Of a stretch of 64,000 nucleotides of DNA, positions 1 to 9,735 are shown piece by piece; position 1 is the stretch's first letter, and every line of letters begins with the position of its first letter. The notes beneath the pieces were generated by a model. The model was not told the DNA's origin. It did no database searches and saw only the letters and a list, made by a program, of their open reading frames with translations. The position numbers and the translations under genes were made by a program. Source of the DNA: a virus; IMG/VR virus record IMGVR_UViG_3300028608_000008, positions 60,246 to 124,245 of that record. One strand, 5' to 3'.

Positions 1-1
1 C

Positions 2-2302
2 GCAGGTCTGCAACCGGGTAGCGCAGCGTTCAACCAGAAGTACAAAGAGATTGTTGCACGCGACGGTGAAGGTTTCGATAAAGCGCAATCCAACTTTATC
101 AAAGCCACGCACTATGATCCGGCAGCACGCAAGCTGGCAAAAGACACCGGCCTTGATGTTTCCGGTCGCAGCCGTGCGGTTCAGGAAATGGTTTATTCCA
201 CTTCCACGCAATACGGCGGCGGTTCCTCGGTAATGGCGAAAGCACTTGCTGGCCGTGATGCCAATAGCATGAGCGACGAAGACATTATTGACGCAGTGCA
301 AAACTACAAACGCGACAACGTTGGGACGCACTTCAAGTCGTCGAGTGCAAAACAACAAGCGGGTGTGGCTGCGCGGGCGGAAAGAGAAAAAGCCATGCTG
401 CGCCAGATTCTTGATGATGAACGCAAGAATCCGCAAGGTGTAATGAAAGGCGAAGACAAAAAAGGCGTAGACGGAAACACTGCGGCCGAAGTTGTCCAAG
501 GCAAAACTGATCCGAAATCGCTTCCAGCGGATTCTGTTGCCAAAGCGCAGCAACAAAGTGTCGGCATTATGCCAATGCAACCGCAAGACGTAAAAGCGGA
601 TGAAGCGTTGGGCACCAGTGAAGACGGCGAACAATTTGTAACCGTGCAACAATCCACTGGCGGCGTTACTGCGGTCGATGGGGCTGGTATGGCATTGGCC
701 GGGGCTGGTATTGCAAAAGCTGGGGCCGATGGCACCAAAGCCGCAACCGCAACCAAAGCCATGATTTCTTCCGGTGAAAAAGCTACGCTGAAAGGCGCAG
801 CAAAAGTCGGTGGCAAGATGCTCGGTCCCGGCGTTAGTGTTGCAATGGACGGCTACCGCGCTGCGGAAGTTATCAACGATGACAAAATGTCGAGTGCGAA
901 AAAGGAAACTGAACTCGCAGGCATTGGTGGTTCCATGGCTGGCGCTGTTGCTGGCGGTGCAATCGGTGCAACAATGGGTTCCGTTGTTCCTGTTGCGGGT
1001 ACTGCGGTCGGCGGCGTCATTGGTTCCATTGGTGGCGCAATAGTTGGCGAAGAAGGTGTGAAGGCTGGCGTCAATTACGTTATGGGAACTCCCGAAGAAC
1101 GTGAAGCAAAAGCCGCATCGAAAATGTATGTCAATTCTCCGTTGCTGCAAGGCGAACATTCGACTTTGCCAACGGCGCCGGTTGCATTGCCTTCGGTAAA
1201 AGATTTGATGACGGTGCCACCAAAAGCGCCAACTGAAATCCAAACCGCTGCATTGGCCGCACCTGCAAAACCTGCGGACGCTACGCCGGTAATTCCGCCA
1301 GCGCAAAAAATGGATGGTAAATCTGTTGCGGAAACGCTCGCCCCTTCGGTTGCCGCATCTTCGACTCCGGGCTGGAATCCAACCCCGGATGAAATGGCAA
1401 CTTGGAAAGCGATGACAGTTCCAGTCGCTCCAAACGCGCCGTCGTTCCACAAAGCTGCACGCGATCTTGCTGCAAAAGATAAACCGGCAGAAGTGTTGAC
1501 GCCAAGCAATCCGGAAACGCAAATTGGTAAAGCTGCAACGTATCAAGCGGCTGCACCGAAAAGCGAAACTCCGGCACCAGTACAGGCGCCTGCGCAAGCA
1601 CCGACCAAAACTTTTGATATGCCGAAACAGGAAGCTGCGCCGCCATCGGTTACGGCTCCAACCTATTCGGAAATCAAACCTTTCCAGCAACCGGCAGTCG
1701 TTCCAAACACTCCGTCCATTGCAACAAACGTTTCTGCAACTCCGGTAAGCGCTGGCTCCGATGGGCTTTCCTCAAACGTTGACCGGTTAGCAACCGCTGC
1801 ACAATCGCTTGCTGATTCCGCTGCAAAAATGGCCGGGGCTGGTGGCGTCAAAGACGGAAAAGGTGATCCCACAAAACCGGGAATGCCGGGCGCTGCACCT
1901 GCTGGAATGCAATCGGTTGAAGCAAAACCAGTTGGCGCTTCTCTGTTTGAAAAACTGAATCCGTTCTCGCCTGCGAGTCCGCAATTCTACAAATCGGAAC
2001 CTGCAATTTCGCAACGTCCGCAAATGGCCGCACCAGTGGTCAGCGCTGCGCCTACTCCGGTTGCAGCAATGCCAGCACGCGAATCGGCAGCACCTCAACC
2101 AATAGACAACATTTCGAATATTCGCATGGCGACACAAGCGCCAGCACCGGCTCCGGCTGCACCTGCACCATCGGCAGGCGGTGGAGGCGGCGCAGCAAAA
2201 GGTGGCGGAGGTGGTTCGGGTTCGGATAAACCGACGCTCGATGAAATCCCCGCGCTGATTAGCGATTTCGGATTGGTGTTTGTAAACTCGGGACTTCTGT
2301 AA
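2..2302 (+). CDS. Tape-measure-like tail protein with VgrG3-type muramidase domain (5'-truncated by the window edge)
   Basis: Frame is open from base 2 (AGLQPGSAAFNQKYKE...THYDP...EMVYSTSTQYG), so the 188 start is internal. This part aligns with the lysozyme at 12877. Also a glycine-zipper segment (GGSMAGAVAGGAIGA) and a long Pro/Ala linker; lies upstream of baseplate genes. Confidence 0.75.
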   Translation, partial: AGLQPGSAAFNQKYKEIVARDGEGFDKAQSNFIKATHYDPAARKLAKDTGLDVSGRSRAVQEMVYSTSTQYGGGSSVMAKALAGRDANSMSDEDIIDAVQNYKRDNVGTHFKSSSAKQQAGVAARAEREKAMLRQILDDERKNPQGVMKGEDKKGVDGNTAAEVVQGKTDPKSLPADSVAKAQQQSVGIMPMQPQDVKADEALGTSEDGEQFVTVQQSTGGVTAVDGAGMALAGAGIAKAGADGTKAATATKAMISSGEKATLKGAAKVGGKMLGPGVSVAMDGYRAAEVINDDKMSSAKKETELAGIGGSMAGAVAGGAIGATMGSVVPVAGTAVGGVIGSIGGAIVGEEGVKAGVNYVMGTPEEREAKAASKMYVNSPLLQGEHSTLPTAPVALPSVKDLMTVPPKAPTEIQTAALAAPAKPADATPVIPPAQKMDGKSVAETLAPSVAASSTPGWNPTPDEMATWKAMTVPVAPNAPSFHKAARDLAAKDKPAEVLTPSNPETQIGKAATYQAAAPKSETPAPVQAPAQAPTKTFDMPKQEAAPPSVTAPTYSEIKPFQQPAVVPNTPSIATNVSATPVSAGSDGLSSNVDRLATAAQSLADSAAKMAGAGGVKDGKGDPTKPGMPGAAPAGMQSVEAKPVGASLFEKLNPFSPASPQFYKSEPAISQRPQMAAPVVSAAPTPVAAMPARESAAPQPIDNISNIRMATQAPAPAPAAPAPSAGGGGGAAKGGGGGSGSDKPTLDEIPALISDFGLVFVNSGLL

Positions 2303-3081
2303 TGGCTACTGCAACTCCAAACGCAGCAACCCCAGCGGCCAAACCGTACACGTCCGATATTTACATGGCAACGCTAAACGTAAAACGGGACAACGCGGAT
2401 TATCTGAATATCAGTACCCCGTTGCCTGAAAGTTTTTCGTTTGGTTTGACCAGCCACTTTGACCGTCCGCTCGATCAGCCGCTTTCCAACCTGAACCAAG
2501 GTGGCGGCATCGCAGCAAACAGTTTGGTGAAAGCTGGTGCAACTGCAATCACCGGCCAAACAACCAAGATGAAGTTTTTGTCTGGTGCCGTTTGGTCGGG
2601 CGGTTCGTATTTGCAAATTTCGTTGCCCTTCCTTTTGCATGCGTACACCGATGCAAAAATGGACGTGATGGATAAGCTGATTCAATTAATGTCACTCGCG
2701 GCTCCAAGCGAAGACGGTTTGGGCGGGACGCTTCGTGCGCCCGGTCCGACCGTGGCAAACCTTGATGCGATTATGGAAGGCAACTTTTCGCAACAAGGCA
2801 ACCCTTTGCAAATGGGCGGCGATCTGATTACTGTAAACCTCGGAAGATTCATGACGTTGAGTCCGTGCATCATCACCGACGTAACTCCGACGTTTGACAC
2901 AGTGCTGGATCAAAACGGAACGCCAATGGGTGTTTCGGTAAACGTGAGTATTGAAACGTTCTTCACCACGACGCAGGAAGATTTGATTAAAGCTTTCCAA
3001 AGCAGTATCACTGCGGGCACCGGTGCGAAGTCTGGCACAGGCTGGGGCGTTCTCAATCTCGCAAAACTGATTGGTGGATAA
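2302..3081 (+). CDS. Putative tail tube initiator / baseplate-tube junction protein
   Basis: 259-aa ORF coupled to the tail gene; C-terminal beta-rich segment (PCIITDVTPTFDT...VSVNVSIET) resembles T4 gp48/gp54-type proteins; context. Confidence 0.5.
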   Translation: MATATPNAATPAAKPYTSDIYMATLNVKRDNADYLNISTPLPESFSFGLTSHFDRPLDQPLSNLNQGGGIAANSLVKAGATAITGQTTKMKFLSGAVWSGGSYLQISLPFLLHAYTDAKMDVMDKLIQLMSLAAPSEDGLGGTLRAPGPTVANLDAIMEGNFSQQGNPLQMGGDLITVNLGRFMTLSPCIITDVTPTFDTVLDQNGTPMGVSVNVSIETFFTTTQEDLIKAFQSSITAGTGAKSGTGWGVLNLAKLIGG

Positions 3082-3082
3082 C

Positions 3083-3415
3083 ATGGCTGACCTCGGCGAC
3101 CATTCCACGTTTTTGGTGATTGACGAACTGGGCATTGATCCTTTGCGGGACAAAGCCATTGACGCAATCATGGAAACGAGAGGTTTTGAATTCTACACCG
3201 TGAAGTCGAGTGAACAGCACAACACGCCGTTGCTCGCCTACAACGTGTACCGGAACGAAAAATTCTGGTGGCATATCCAAGTCTACAACGGACTCGACGA
3301 TATGTTTGAAGTCAAAACCGGTATGCAAATCAAAATCCCTGATATGAACGAAATGGTCACGCGTCTAACTGCCGCAATGAAGCCGACCAATTCCAACAAA
3401 ACAGTGAGTATCTAA
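3083..3415 (+). CDS. Baseplate wedge protein, T4 gp53/LysM-like
   Basis: YTV...LLAYNVYRNEKFWWHIQVYNGLDDMFEVKTGMQIKIPD matches the gp53/tail-X LysM pattern; ATG at 3083 preferred. Confidence 0.7.
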   Translation: MADLGDHSTFLVIDELGIDPLRDKAIDAIMETRGFEFYTVKSSEQHNTPLLAYNVYRNEKFWWHIQVYNGLDDMFEVKTGMQIKIPDMNEMVTRLTAAMKPTNSNKTVSI

Positions 3416-5881
3416 ATGCAAGCGACTCTGAATATTGAGGGCTTGGCGTATTGCTCAATCGACATTGAAGGTTCTTCGGTTCCTCCGTCGATGAACATGC
3501 TGAGTAGCATTTTGATTATGGAAGGTTTCGGAATGGGTCTGCCCGTTCTGCAACTGATCCTCAACGACGAAAAAGAGTCGCTGTCCAAAGAACTCGCGAT
3601 TGCCGACGGCTCGCGCATTGTGATTCGCATGGGCCGCGACACCAAGAATATCAAGGAATGTCCGTTTCGTGTTTTCGGGTGGCGCCGTTCGCGTTCCACT
3701 TCCGGACCGCGTTTGGAAATTGTTGGTTTGCTTGACGTTCCGGAATTCGGCGCGGGCGCTTTTTGCGAAGCGTTCCGTGTCAGTTCCAGCGACCTGATGG
3801 CGCAGATTGCCAGCCTTTGCGGTTTGACCTATGACGGTCCAGCACAAAACACCGACGACCTGATGACGTGGTTGAATTTAAACACAACTCGTTTGTCGTT
3901 TACCGAAGACGTAGCCATGCGTGGTTACACTTCCGAACAATCGTGCATGGCGCGTATCGTGACCATGGACAAAACCCTGCGCTACAAAAACCTGTTTGAC
4001 GTGCTGTCCGATAAACCGAAATTCACTTTCGTGCATGACACCACGGGCGCAGGCACCGAAGGCGTTGTGGTTTCTGTTCGCGAATCTCGGGACGCTTCTG
4101 TTTCGGGCATGGGCGCACACCACGTCAACTACGGGCAAAAGCATTACCAACACGAAGGCAATGGCATTGACGAAGAAATTCTGACATTGACCGCGCCGCT
4201 TCTCGGCACCGGTTTGCCATTGAATGACGACGTGTTGCAGAAACTCAAAGAGCGCGGTTCTCGCGTTTCCTATTCTGGTTTCGATCCGGGCACAGCGCCA
4301 ACTGCGGACGACGCGGTTCACCAGTTTTACGAAAACGCGTATTACCAAAACCTGCGCTTCCTGTCGTTGTTTAGCGAACGCCTTGTTTTGCTGAATGACC
4401 AATGCACCGATTCGAAATCGTTTGACCCGGTTGCCTACCTGCTGAAAAACGATAAGCAGAACGGTACGCCAACTGTCAGCGCCGACGTGTCGAGCCAGTA
4501 TGTGCTGGGCGGTAAATCCATTCTGATTAAAAACGGTTTGCGGTTTGCCGAAGCGCATTATCTGTATCGACCATTCCTTTCGACGCCTGCAAAGAAAGGT
4601 CAAGATTCTGGACAGGCTCCGGTTGCGCAAAACGCCAGCGCTTCCAGTTCCGGACCAATCGCGGCAGCCGCAACGCAAACAAATGCAAACACGGCCACCA
4701 ACCTTTCTTCGCAATTGGTTGCGGGTGAAGGTGGCGGCATTCCAGTTCCGGCGACAACGGCTGCAATGGACAGCATGAAATCGCTGGATGCGTTCAACAG
4801 CGCGTTCCCGGCAGTTCCGAGCATTGCAACAAACTTGGCACCGAATGCACAAATGCGAAGTGCTATGGATGGCGTGCGTTCCAGTACGGCAGCACTCGAC
4901 AACATCGGTGGGCCACTGGGCGCAAGTATCAAAGCTGCAAACGTTATTCCGGCCGACACCTCATACTTCCAGCGCGTCACAGCATTCGGCGGCGATATGC
5001 TTTCGAATTTGACCGATGGTTTCAACATAAACCGTATTGCATCGGACATTGATTATGCGCGAAGCAATTCTACAAGTTTTAAAGCGGCTGCTATTGGCCG
5101 CGTTAGTGGCGCTTTTGGCGATGTTACTGGTTTCCGGGTTAATAATATCGTCAGTGCTGCCACTGGTGGACGCCTCAACAAAGGCGCTATCGTCGGTGAA
5201 GTTCTCGGTGGTGGAATATGGGCGGCGGACCTTGCAACAGGCGGCATGGGAGCGGGCCAACTTGACCTTCCGTTCACGTTGCCGTTTGTGGATACGGCGG
5301 CTGGTAAAGTAACGACAAATTTCCTGATGGATACGACCGGTTTCGGAATCGGGCCGGACAACATCACAATCAACCCGCACAAAACCGCACGCGCCGTAAA
5401 CGCGTTTGCAAATTCCACAAACCCACAACAGTTGCTGCTGACCCAAGGTGCAGATTCTTACATCAAAACGTTTGGCAACGTAACGCCAACCGATGCCGCT
5501 TCGAGTCTGCAAGAACTTTCGGTAATCTCGGCCAAGGTAATGTCGCAGTACGGACAAAACGAATATCTTTCCGACGACGCCCGAACCAACAAAGCACTGA
5601 TCTACGCAGGTCGCGAAACAATCTTCTCGTTTGGCGGCAAGGGCGCAACGCCATTGCTAAACTCGGTAGAAAAAGTTTACGACTACGGCGGTTATCAAAA
5701 CGTCGAGACAACAAAGCAAGCCACCACATGGGCGCGCCTTTACTCAATGGGCAAAGACGTTACCAACAAAGCCGGACAGTGGGAGGCGCCGGTGTTCCCG
5801 TCACTCGCAACCGAAACGGATACAACTGCTGGTTTGTCGAATTCGTATTCCAGCAACGCAACGCGCTACTTTGGTGGGTAA
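3416..5881 (+). CDS. Baseplate hub protein (gp27/gp44/VgrG-like) with long C-terminal extension
   Basis: 821 aa directly after the gp53-like gene; N-terminal ~390 aa has hub-like organisation; Gly/Ala-rich C-terminal half. Confidence 0.55.
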   Translation: MQATLNIEGLAYCSIDIEGSSVPPSMNMLSSILIMEGFGMGLPVLQLILNDEKESLSKELAIADGSRIVIRMGRDTKNIKECPFRVFGWRRSRSTSGPRLEIVGLLDVPEFGAGAFCEAFRVSSSDLMAQIASLCGLTYDGPAQNTDDLMTWLNLNTTRLSFTEDVAMRGYTSEQSCMARIVTMDKTLRYKNLFDVLSDKPKFTFVHDTTGAGTEGVVVSVRESRDASVSGMGAHHVNYGQKHYQHEGNGIDEEILTLTAPLLGTGLPLNDDVLQKLKERGSRVSYSGFDPGTAPTADDAVHQFYENAYYQNLRFLSLFSERLVLLNDQCTDSKSFDPVAYLLKNDKQNGTPTVSADVSSQYVLGGKSILIKNGLRFAEAHYLYRPFLSTPAKKGQDSGQAPVAQNASASSSGPIAAAATQTNANTATNLSSQLVAGEGGGIPVPATTAAMDSMKSLDAFNSAFPAVPSIATNLAPNAQMRSAMDGVRSSTAALDNIGGPLGASIKAANVIPADTSYFQRVTAFGGDMLSNLTDGFNINRIASDIDYARSNSTSFKAAAIGRVSGAFGDVTGFRVNNIVSAATGGRLNKGAIVGEVLGGGIWAADLATGGMGAGQLDLPFTLPFVDTAAGKVTTNFLMDTTGFGIGPDNITINPHKTARAVNAFANSTNPQQLLLTQGADSYIKTFGNVTPTDAASSLQELSVISAKVMSQYGQNEYLSDDARTNKALIYAGRETIFSFGGKGATPLLNSVEKVYDYGGYQNVETTKQATTWARLYSMGKDVTNKAGQWEAPVFPSLATETDTTAGLSNSYSSNATRYFGG

Positions 5882-5917
5882 ACTGTAAACCTTCCTCAGA
5901 TAGTAAAGGAAACCAAC

Positions 5918-6205
5918 ATGCACTCATGGGAAATACTGGGCGACAATCGGGTCAATCACATACAAGAACCCGATCCCGGTAAAATCAAAAAAGAAATCTA
6001 TGTCGATATGTGGCAGACTAAAGACGGGGCGCTTCAATCCGCTTTGGAGATTGCCCGCAAAGATTTGCTTCTCGACGTGGAGATTGAACAGGTTGAAGGT
6101 ATGGTCTGCATCAATCTCTACGGCATGCCAAACGACGTGATTCTGTTCCATTCACGGTTAACGTGGGAAGACGGAATCCATATCGCCACAACCAAAATCC
6201 GCTAA
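5918..6205 (+). CDS. Hypothetical protein
   Basis: 95-aa ORF with AAGGA RBS. Confidence 0.75.
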   Translation: MHSWEILGDNRVNHIQEPDPGKIKKEIYVDMWQTKDGALQSALEIARKDLLLDVEIEQVEGMVCINLYGMPNDVILFHSRLTWEDGIHIATTKIR

Positions 6206-6246
6206 CTGTATGGGGCGCAAACCAATACGCCCCGTTGGAGAATAAA

Positions 6247-7008
6247 ATGCGTCAACACTGGGCAAAGTTTTTCATCGACATTGCGTATATGTACGCCAAC
6301 CAAGTGACCTGCGCTTCGGGTCGTAAAGTCGGTTGCGTAATCTCTCGCGGCAATCGTCAGATTTCGGCGGGCTTCAACGGTGTGAAACCAAAAGTACCAC
6401 ATCCGGACAAATGCGAACGTCTGATTTATGGTGTGCCCAGTGGTGGCGGCTTGCATATGTGTGAATGCGACCACGCCGAAGCCAATGCAATCGACTTTGC
6501 AAAACGTATGGGCATCGACATTGTTGGTGCCGAAATGTATGCGACTGCGCAGCCTTGCGATTTGTGCAGTGCGAAAATCATCGAAGCGAAACTGGGCGCC
6601 GTCTATTACGACGTGCCGTATCCGGGTTCGAATTCGTTGATCGACTTTTTCCAAGCTGGCATTATGTGCGAACCTTATCACAACGTGGTTTTGCGTTCGC
6701 TCAGTGTTGGTGAACAATCCAACTACCTGCTGGAACTCACAAAGAACGAACGCGGCCTCGACCGTATCGCCAAACTGATTCCAACGTTTATCCACCTTTC
6801 CGCTGGCATGGCCGAAGCGTTTGCCTGCGCGATTGTAAACCGCTCGGGCGTTTTCGGAAAGGAAGAACCAATCACCGAATGGAACGAACTCGACTGTACC
6901 ATTACCGTGAAGCTTTCCGAAACGGCAATGCCAATCAAGATCGCACCAAAGGAAAACATCATCCTCGGTTTGCAAGCGCATTACGGGGTTCCAAATTTTC
7001 TGAATTGA
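6247..7008 (+). CDS. dCMP deaminase (ComEB/Cd family) with C-terminal extension
   Basis: Zinc-deaminase motifs HAEANA and PCDLC, plus RKVGCVI and GFNG; GGAG RBS before ATG 6247. Confidence 0.9.
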   Translation: MRQHWAKFFIDIAYMYANQVTCASGRKVGCVISRGNRQISAGFNGVKPKVPHPDKCERLIYGVPSGGGLHMCECDHAEANAIDFAKRMGIDIVGAEMYATAQPCDLCSAKIIEAKLGAVYYDVPYPGSNSLIDFFQAGIMCEPYHNVVLRSLSVGEQSNYLLELTKNERGLDRIAKLIPTFIHLSAGMAEAFACAIVNRSGVFGKEEPITEWNELDCTITVKLSETAMPIKIAPKENIILGLQAHYGVPNFLN

Positions 7009-7017
7009 GGATTTCCA

Positions 7018-7944
7018 ATGGAAGTTCAAACTTATGGTGGCGTAGTCGATCAACTCGTTGCCAAGATTGCCGAAGCTGGCGAGCATCCCAACGAAGTACG
7101 TCGAATCGTTTTGACTCCGGCCGAAATGAAAGAAGTGCAAGACTCCGGCGCCTTCACCACCACGGTTTCGAAATACTACGGTGATTCCTCGACGCTGATT
7201 ATCGACAACATCATCACCGACCGCCAAGGCGATTACATTTCGTTTTACCTTGGCGGCGTTTTGGTTTGTCGTCATCCGGGCGACCCTGATTTCGTTGCCG
7301 GTCTGACCTACGCGGCAGGCAGCGCCCCGGCTGTTGCTGAAACCGGTTTTACCAAAACCATCAACGGCAAGAAATACATGCTGGCTGGTATTGGCAATCC
7401 GGCTGACGATTTCACCATTTCGAAAAACTCGCTGATTGAACTTGGCCTCGCCGTGCGCAAACGTGGCGACCAAACCAATTACGAAGCGGGCGGCAGTTAC
7501 GACATTGCGCTCAAGCCTGACGAACTGTGGACTTTCGCAGTCACTGTCGGCTCGCTGAATCCGGATGTTCCAAACGTCTGCGATATGTATGACGTGGAAC
7601 TGATTCTGGATACCGACCCTTCCGGTGGCGAAGCCAATCCAGTGAAATGGAAATTGATCTTTGACGAATTGCGTAAAGCTTACGTCTGGAGCAATGCGGC
7701 TTCCGGCCATACCGTCATTACCGATGGCACCATGAGCGAAGGCGGTTACGCTGTCCAAACAATTCAGCGTTACGACTTTGGTTTCATCAAGCCGTATCTG
7801 CAAAACGTCAAATACAACGCTGCCGGTGCGCCACTCGGTTCCTATGTTCTGGAACTGAAAGCCACTCCGAAATGGAAAGGCAGCACTGCCGTCGTTTCCG
7901 TCGAAGTGTTGGCCGACATTTCCGAATTCGTCGAACAGCCGTGA
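7018..7944 (+). CDS. Hypothetical protein, possibly virion structural (beta-rich)
   Basis: 308-aa ORF with GAGGA RBS; beta-strand-rich C-terminal domain. Confidence 0.6.
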   Translation: MEVQTYGGVVDQLVAKIAEAGEHPNEVRRIVLTPAEMKEVQDSGAFTTTVSKYYGDSSTLIIDNIITDRQGDYISFYLGGVLVCRHPGDPDFVAGLTYAAGSAPAVAETGFTKTINGKKYMLAGIGNPADDFTISKNSLIELGLAVRKRGDQTNYEAGGSYDIALKPDELWTFAVTVGSLNPDVPNVCDMYDVELILDTDPSGGEANPVKWKLIFDELRKAYVWSNAASGHTVITDGTMSEGGYAVQTIQRYDFGFIKPYLQNVKYNAAGAPLGSYVLELKATPKWKGSTAVVSVEVLADISEFVEQP

Positions 7945-8009
7945 CCAAGAGCCGTGCTCACCTAAACTGTAAAGGGTGAGTACGGTTTTTCATTTCTGGA
8001 GCCAAAACA

Positions 8010-8198
8010 ATGACCGAAGTTAAACAAGTGAAAACCAGTGAAGGTGCCTCTACTGTAATGCGCGATATGGTAATGTCGCCGGGCAACCCCGAACAGCAAC
8101 AGGCTCGAATCGAAGCGCGCCAAGCTCCCCAATTCCTGACCCGCAAACCGCGTATCCGCCCAAGCATCGCGGCCAAACTGCGTGGCGAAAAACTGTAA
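8010..8198 (+). CDS. Hypothetical protein
   Basis: 62-aa ORF with GGAG RBS. Confidence 0.7.
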   Translation: MTEVKQVKTSEGASTVMRDMVMSPGNPEQQQARIEARQAPQFLTRKPRIRPSIAAKLRGEKL

Positions 8199-8237
8199 AC
8201 TAGATTCATCACCAATCACCCAAACTGGAAAACTGAA

Positions 8238-9131
8238 ATGTCTCGATTCCCGGCTCGCTACCTCGGCCACGAAATGCCAGAACACACTGCCGTTTTCAAT
8301 ACCATTCTCGGCGTGCAGGCTGACCTGAACGACCTGATGGGCGGCGTGCAATGGCGCAACGCAACTCTGGAAAACGACCACGGTTTCGCGTATCGCCGCG
8401 CAATCAAACTGGAAGTCGCGGAAGCAATCGCGTTCACTCCGTACAAGTGGTGGGCGAAAGTCGATTTCAACCGTCCGCAATTCCGCATGGAACTGATCGA
8501 CGCCGCGCACTTCCTGCTTTCGTTCACCCACGTTGTGCAGCGTAGTTCCAAGCCGTACTACTGGGCTGGTCAAATGTCGGCTGTTCAAAAAGTTTACACG
8601 CCTCTCGACGCAATGCGCGAAGGTTGGGTAAACGCCGAACACGCCTACGGCAGCAAGTACAACGACCTGTTCGCAGAAACCGAAAAAGAAACTTCGGAAC
8701 ACGCAGTGCAACATCTGGAGCGTCTGGTTTCCAACCTGTATGGTCGCCACATCGCAACCCAAGTGACCTACAGCACTTTCGATCTGTGCGGCGCGTGGGA
8801 AAATCTTTTCTCCGCTCTGTTCATCGTCGATCCGGATTTTACCGTTCAAAACCTGCTGACCGAATACCTGTCGAAGTCGGTTCTGAATCGTTTCCGTACC
8901 GCGAACGGCGCGAAAGAACACGGCCTCGCCTACAACAAAACCCAGTTCCTCGAAAACCCGGCGACCTACGTGAAAGTGTGGGCCGACGACCGCGAAGACA
9001 CCGAACATCTGGCCGACATTCTGGAAGGTATGCTGCTGGCTGGCGGTGAAATCGACAACGCAAAAATCATGACCGCGCTGACCGAACGTTACGCGAAAAC
9101 CATCGAAGCGTACCAGCGCATCGAACAGTAA
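8238..9131 (+). CDS. Dimeric all-alpha dUTPase/dCTPase
   Basis: Motifs EVAEA..FTPYKWWAK, MELIDAAHFLLS, YLSKSVLNRFR..NG and YVKVW..DRED of the dimeric dUTPase family. Confidence 0.85.
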   Translation: MSRFPARYLGHEMPEHTAVFNTILGVQADLNDLMGGVQWRNATLENDHGFAYRRAIKLEVAEAIAFTPYKWWAKVDFNRPQFRMELIDAAHFLLSFTHVVQRSSKPYYWAGQMSAVQKVYTPLDAMREGWVNAEHAYGSKYNDLFAETEKETSEHAVQHLERLVSNLYGRHIATQVTYSTFDLCGAWENLFSALFIVDPDFTVQNLLTEYLSKSVLNRFRTANGAKEHGLAYNKTQFLENPATYVKVWADDREDTEHLADILEGMLLAGGEIDNAKIMTALTERYAKTIEAYQRIEQ

Positions 9132-9139
9132 CAATCGCG

Positions 9140-9171
9140 AACGGGTGGCCTAGTGCTGCCCGTTTCTGTTT
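9140..9171 (+). terminator. Probable intrinsic terminator after dUTPase
   Basis: aacgggtggc-ctagt-gctgcccgtt followed by tctgttt. Confidence 0.6.
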
Positions 9172-9180
9172 GAGGTGCGT

Positions 9181-9735
9181 ATGGGTTTAGGACTTCCTCC
9201 GATGAAGAAAAAGCAAAAGGAAATCACGTTCACTAGCCGGACCATCAAGTACGCGTTTCTGTCGAACCCGTTCCCGGCTGCGTTCATCGCCATGTTTGGC
9301 GGCAAGCCAGTTTTGTTTAAAAGCGCTGAGCACTACTACCAAGCGCACAAGACGAAAAACAAAACCTTCCGCGCCAAGATCATCAACGCGTTTGACTGGT
9401 CGAAGGCCAAGTATTTCGGTTCCGAGAAAGGCGGGGCGCCACTCGACCCTGCGTTCAACGAAAAGAAAGACAGCATCATGCTGAATGCCGTGGCGCACAA
9501 GTTTGCACAAAACCCAATCTTGCTTCGGTTGCTGCGCGATACCGGCGAAGCTACGTTGACCGAAGACGCGACGTGGGATGAATACTGGGGAACCGGGCGC
9601 GACGGAAAAGGTAAACGCAAACTCACCAAGATTCTCGCAAAGGTCCGCAGCATGACCAACGAGGAACTGGCGAAGTACCGCATCAACGCAAACCTCGATG
9701 ATTTGAAATTTTACGAAGGGAGTGACGACAAATGA
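9181..9735 (+). CDS. NADAR (YbiA-like) family hydrolase
   Basis: FLSNPF, F.SAEHYYQAHK, KFAQNP.L...L..TG and EDATWDEYWGTGRDGKG match NADAR; GAGG RBS. Confidence 0.9.
   Translation: MGLGLPPMKKKQKEITFTSRTIKYAFLSNPFPAAFIAMFGGKPVLFKSAEHYYQAHKTKNKTFRAKIINAFDWSKAKYFGSEKGGAPLDPAFNEKKDSIMLNAVAHKFAQNPILLRLLRDTGEATLTEDATWDEYWGTGRDGKGKRKLTKILAKVRSMTNEELAKYRINANLDDLKFYEGSDDK

Noticed and set aside
6163-6246. ORF-track upstream start for dCMP deaminase (similar extensions at 25761, 29081, 33421, 41543, 44928, 50876, 62505)
   Set aside because: They overlap upstream genes or hairpins; downstream ATG/GTG codons have clear RBSs.
6202-7803. 533-aa minus-strand ORF; likewise 27159-28907, 56767-58203, 7962-9134 and most other minus-strand ORFs
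   Set aside because: Antisense shadows of well-supported + strand genes. Codon bias removes reverse-frame stops; they show no RBS pattern or recognisable motifs.
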